This document shows positions 60,861 to 64,000 of a DNA stretch of 64,000 bases, in pieces. Every line of letters starts with the position of its first letter. Position 1 is the stretch's first letter. The DNA lies in assembly GCA_038087875.1 (NCBI GenBank), contig JAXLNO010000051.1:372001-436000 (forward strand). The letters run 5' to 3'. The position numbers and the translations under genes were made by a program. Origin of the DNA: Malacoraja senta. Lineage: Eukaryota. The notes beneath the pieces are model-generated. The model worked only from the letters and a program-made list of their open reading frames with translations, did not search any database and was not told the DNA's origin.

Positions 60861-63800
60861 ACGTGAAAAGCGTCAAAATATCAGCAAACGAAAAGCGCTG
60901 AAATTTCAGCACGCGAAAAACGACGAAAATTAAGCACCTGAAAATTGACGAAATTTCAGGACGTGAAAAGCGAAGGAATTTCACCATACTAAAAGCGACG
61001 AAAATTCTGCACACAAAATGCGACGAAAATTCAGCATGCAAAAAGCGACGAACTTACAGGAAGCATAAAGAGACGAAATTTCTGAACATGAAAAGCAACG
61101 AAATGTCAGCACACGAAAAGCATCGAAATTTCAGCACACAAAACGCGACGAAAATTCAGCATGCAAAAAGCGACGAAACATAAGGACGCATAAAGTGACG
61201 AAATTTCAGAACGTTAAAAGCGGCAAAATTTCAGAATGTGAAAAGCGGCGAAATTTCAGCATGCGAAAAGCGACGAAAATTCAGCACACGAAAAGAGAGG
61301 AACCTTCAGGACATTAAAAACAACGACAATTCAGCAGGCGTAAAGTGATGAAAATTCAGCACGGGAAAAGCGACAAACCTTCAGGACGCAAAAAGCTACG
61401 GAAATTCCGCACGCGAAATGTGATGAAATTTCAGAACGCAAACAAGTGACGAAAATTTAGCACGCGAAATGCGACGAAAATTCAGCATTCAAAAAGTGAC
61501 AAAAATTCAGCACGCAAAAAGCGACGTAATATCAGGACAAATAAAGTGTACAAAATTTCAGCACGTGAAAGGCGACGAAATTTCAGGACATGAACGGGGA
61601 CGAAAATTCAGCCTGTGAAAAGCGATGAAAATTTAGCACGCGAAAAGCGACGAACATTCAGCATGTGTAAAATGATGACATTTCGGAACATGAAAAGTGG
61701 CGAAATATCAGAACACGAAAAGCGCCGATATTTCAGCACACAAAATCAACGAAAATTCAGCATGCGAAAAGCGACGAAATTACAGGACGCATAAAGCGAT
61801 GAAATTTCAGAACATGAAAAGCGACGATTTTTCAGAACGTGAAAAGTGACGACATTTCAGCACACGAAAAGCGACGAAAATTCAGGACGTGAAAGGCAAT
61901 GAAAATTCAAAATGCCAAAAGCGGCGTCAATTCAAGAAGCAAAAAGCAACAAAAGTTCAGGATGCATGAAGCGACAAAATTTCAGGACACAAAAGCGACA
62001 AAGTTTCGGCACACAAAAGGTGACGAACTTTCAGGACGCGAAAAGAGACGAAAATTCAGCACGCGAAAAGTGACAAACCTTCAGGACACAAAAAGCGACA
62101 ATTCAGGATGTGAAAAGCGACGATCCAGGATGCGAAAACCGACGAAAATTCAATATGCCAAAAGTGACTAAATTTCAGGACATGAAAAGCGACAAAATAA
62201 CAGCACACGAAAAGCGCCGAAATTTCAGCACACAAAAGGCGACTAAAATTCACCTTGCGAACAGCGACGAAATTACAGGATGCATAAAGCGATGAAATTT
62301 CAGAACATGAAAAGCGACGAAATTTCAGCACACGGAAAGCGCCGAAATTTCAGCACACAAAAATCGACGAAAATTCAGCATGCGAAGAGCGACGAAACAT
62401 CAGGACGCATAAATCGACGATATTTCAGAATGCGAAAGGTGATGAAACATCAGGACGCATGAAGCGACGAAATTTCAGGACATGAAAGGTGACGAACCTT
62501 CAGGACATGAAAAGCGACAAAAATTCAGCACGTGGAAAATGACGAACCTTCAGGACATGCAAAGCGACAAAAATTCAGCACGCAAAAAGGGACGAACCTT
62601 CAGAACGTGAAATGTGAAGAAAATTCAGCAGCCGAAAAGTGACAAACTTCAGGATATGGAAAGCGACAACAATTCAGCATGTGAAAAGCGACGATCCTTC
62701 AGGACGCCAAAAGCGACGAAAATTTAGCACGCCGAAAGTGTCTAAATTTAAGGATGTGAAATGCGACAAAATATCAGCACACGAAAAGCGCCGAAATTTC
62801 AGCACACAAAAAGCGACGAAAATTCAGCATGTGAAAAGTGACGAAATTACAGGATGCATAAAGTGACGAAATTTCAGAACATGTAAAGCGACGAAATTTC
62901 AGCACACGAAAAGCACCACATTTTTAGCACACAAAAATCGACAAAAATTCAGCATGTGAAAAGCGACGAAACATCAGGACGCATAAAGCAACGAAATTTC
63001 AGGATGCGAAAAGCGATGAAACATCAGGACGCATAAAGCGACGAAATTTCTGGATGTGAAAGGCATCGAAATTTCAGGACAAGAAAGGCGACGAAATTTC
63101 AGCACGTGGAAAGTGACGAAAATTCAGCCTGTGAAAAGCGATGAAAATTCAGCAAGTGAAAAGTGCCGAACCTTCAGGACACGAAAAGCGAGAACAATTC
63201 AGCACGTGAAAAGTGACAACATTTCAGAATGTGAACAGCGATGCAAATTCAGCACGCGAAAAGCAACGAAAATTCAGCACACGAAAAGTGACGACATTTC
63301 AGGACGAGAAAAGCGACGAAATTTCAGCATACTAAAAGCAACGAAAATTCAGCTCGCGAAAAGAGACGAACCTTCAGGACGCAAAAATATGACGAAAATT
63401 CGAAATGCCAAAAGCTATGTAAATTCAGGATGCAAAACGCGAGAAAATTTCAGAACACGAAAAGCGACAAAATTTCAGGACGTGAAATGCGATGAAACAT
63501 TAGGACGCATAAAGCGACGAAATTTCAGGACGTGAAAAGCGACGAAAATTCAGCCTGTGAAAAGCGATGAAAATTAACCACGCGAATAGTGACGATATTT
63601 CAGAACGGGAAAAACAACGAAAATTTAGCACGCGAAAAGCGATGAAAATGAAGCACACAAAAAGCGACGAAAATGAAGCACACGAAAAGCAACAAAATTC
63701 AGCATGCGAAAAGTGACGAATCTTCAGGACACGAAAGGCGACAAAATTTCGCCACATTAAAAGTGACGAACCTTCAGGATCCGAAAAGCGACGAAAATTC

Positions 63801-64000
63801 AGCACAAGAAAAATGACGAGCCTTCAGGATGCAAAAAGCGACAAAAATTCAGCACACGCAAATTGATGAGCCTTCAGGACGCGAAAGGCAACGAAAATTA
63901 AAAATACCAAAAGCGACGTAAATTCAAGATGCGAAAAGTGACAAAAGTTCAGGATGCATGAAGCGTCAAAATTTCAGGACACGAAAAGTGACAAAATTTC
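60861..64000. repeat. 25-bp satellite, continuing in register after the provirus
   Basis: ...TTTCAGG[ACGT]GAAAAGCG restored on removing the provirus. Confidence 0.95.

Noticed and set aside
34632..63805. Short Lys/Arg- or Phe-rich ORFs in the 25-bp satellite
   Set aside because: Products of the repeat; identical peptides at 38400 and 40949 only reflect block duplication

Overview
Vertebrate, repeat-saturated heterochromatin-like DNA; a cartilaginous fish (skate/ray-like) is inferred from the CR1/Rex1/Penelope-type repeats. I recognise no host protein-coding or RNA gene. Layout: (i) 1-11.8 kb is a large fold-back inverted duplication (arms <=1-7095 and 8367->=11535) built from nested Rex1, Vingi/Ingi and Tx1-like LINE pieces around a 1.27-kb spacer holding class III (ERV-L-like) pol remnants; two younger Rex1 copies entered the left arm only. 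(ii) 11.8-23.9 kb is an unusual CpG-rich (GAGTTC)n array punctuated about 20 times by a conserved ~55-bp retroposon-3'-end box with an (ATTC)n tail, with CR1 and L2-like insertions. (iii) 23.9-29.6 kb is a decayed Gypsy element with a 74-bp tandem expansion of its own pol sequence and a CR1 insertion, ending at a 200-N gap. (iv) 29.8-34.3 kb has GA-rich tracts, a 1.33-kb solo LTR and LINE ends. (v) 34.3-64 kb is a 25-bp satellite containing a full-length, defective class I provirus (47523-60860; ACGT target-site duplication (TSD), tRNA-Pro PBS, MLV-type UAG read-through signal, ERV3/HERV-I-like env). The provirus carries a CR1 fused in frame to gag, a young integrase-less Gypsy element and a non-autonomous retroposon containing a 76-bp mini-LTR. 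Family assignments come from motif recognition only; no searches were run.
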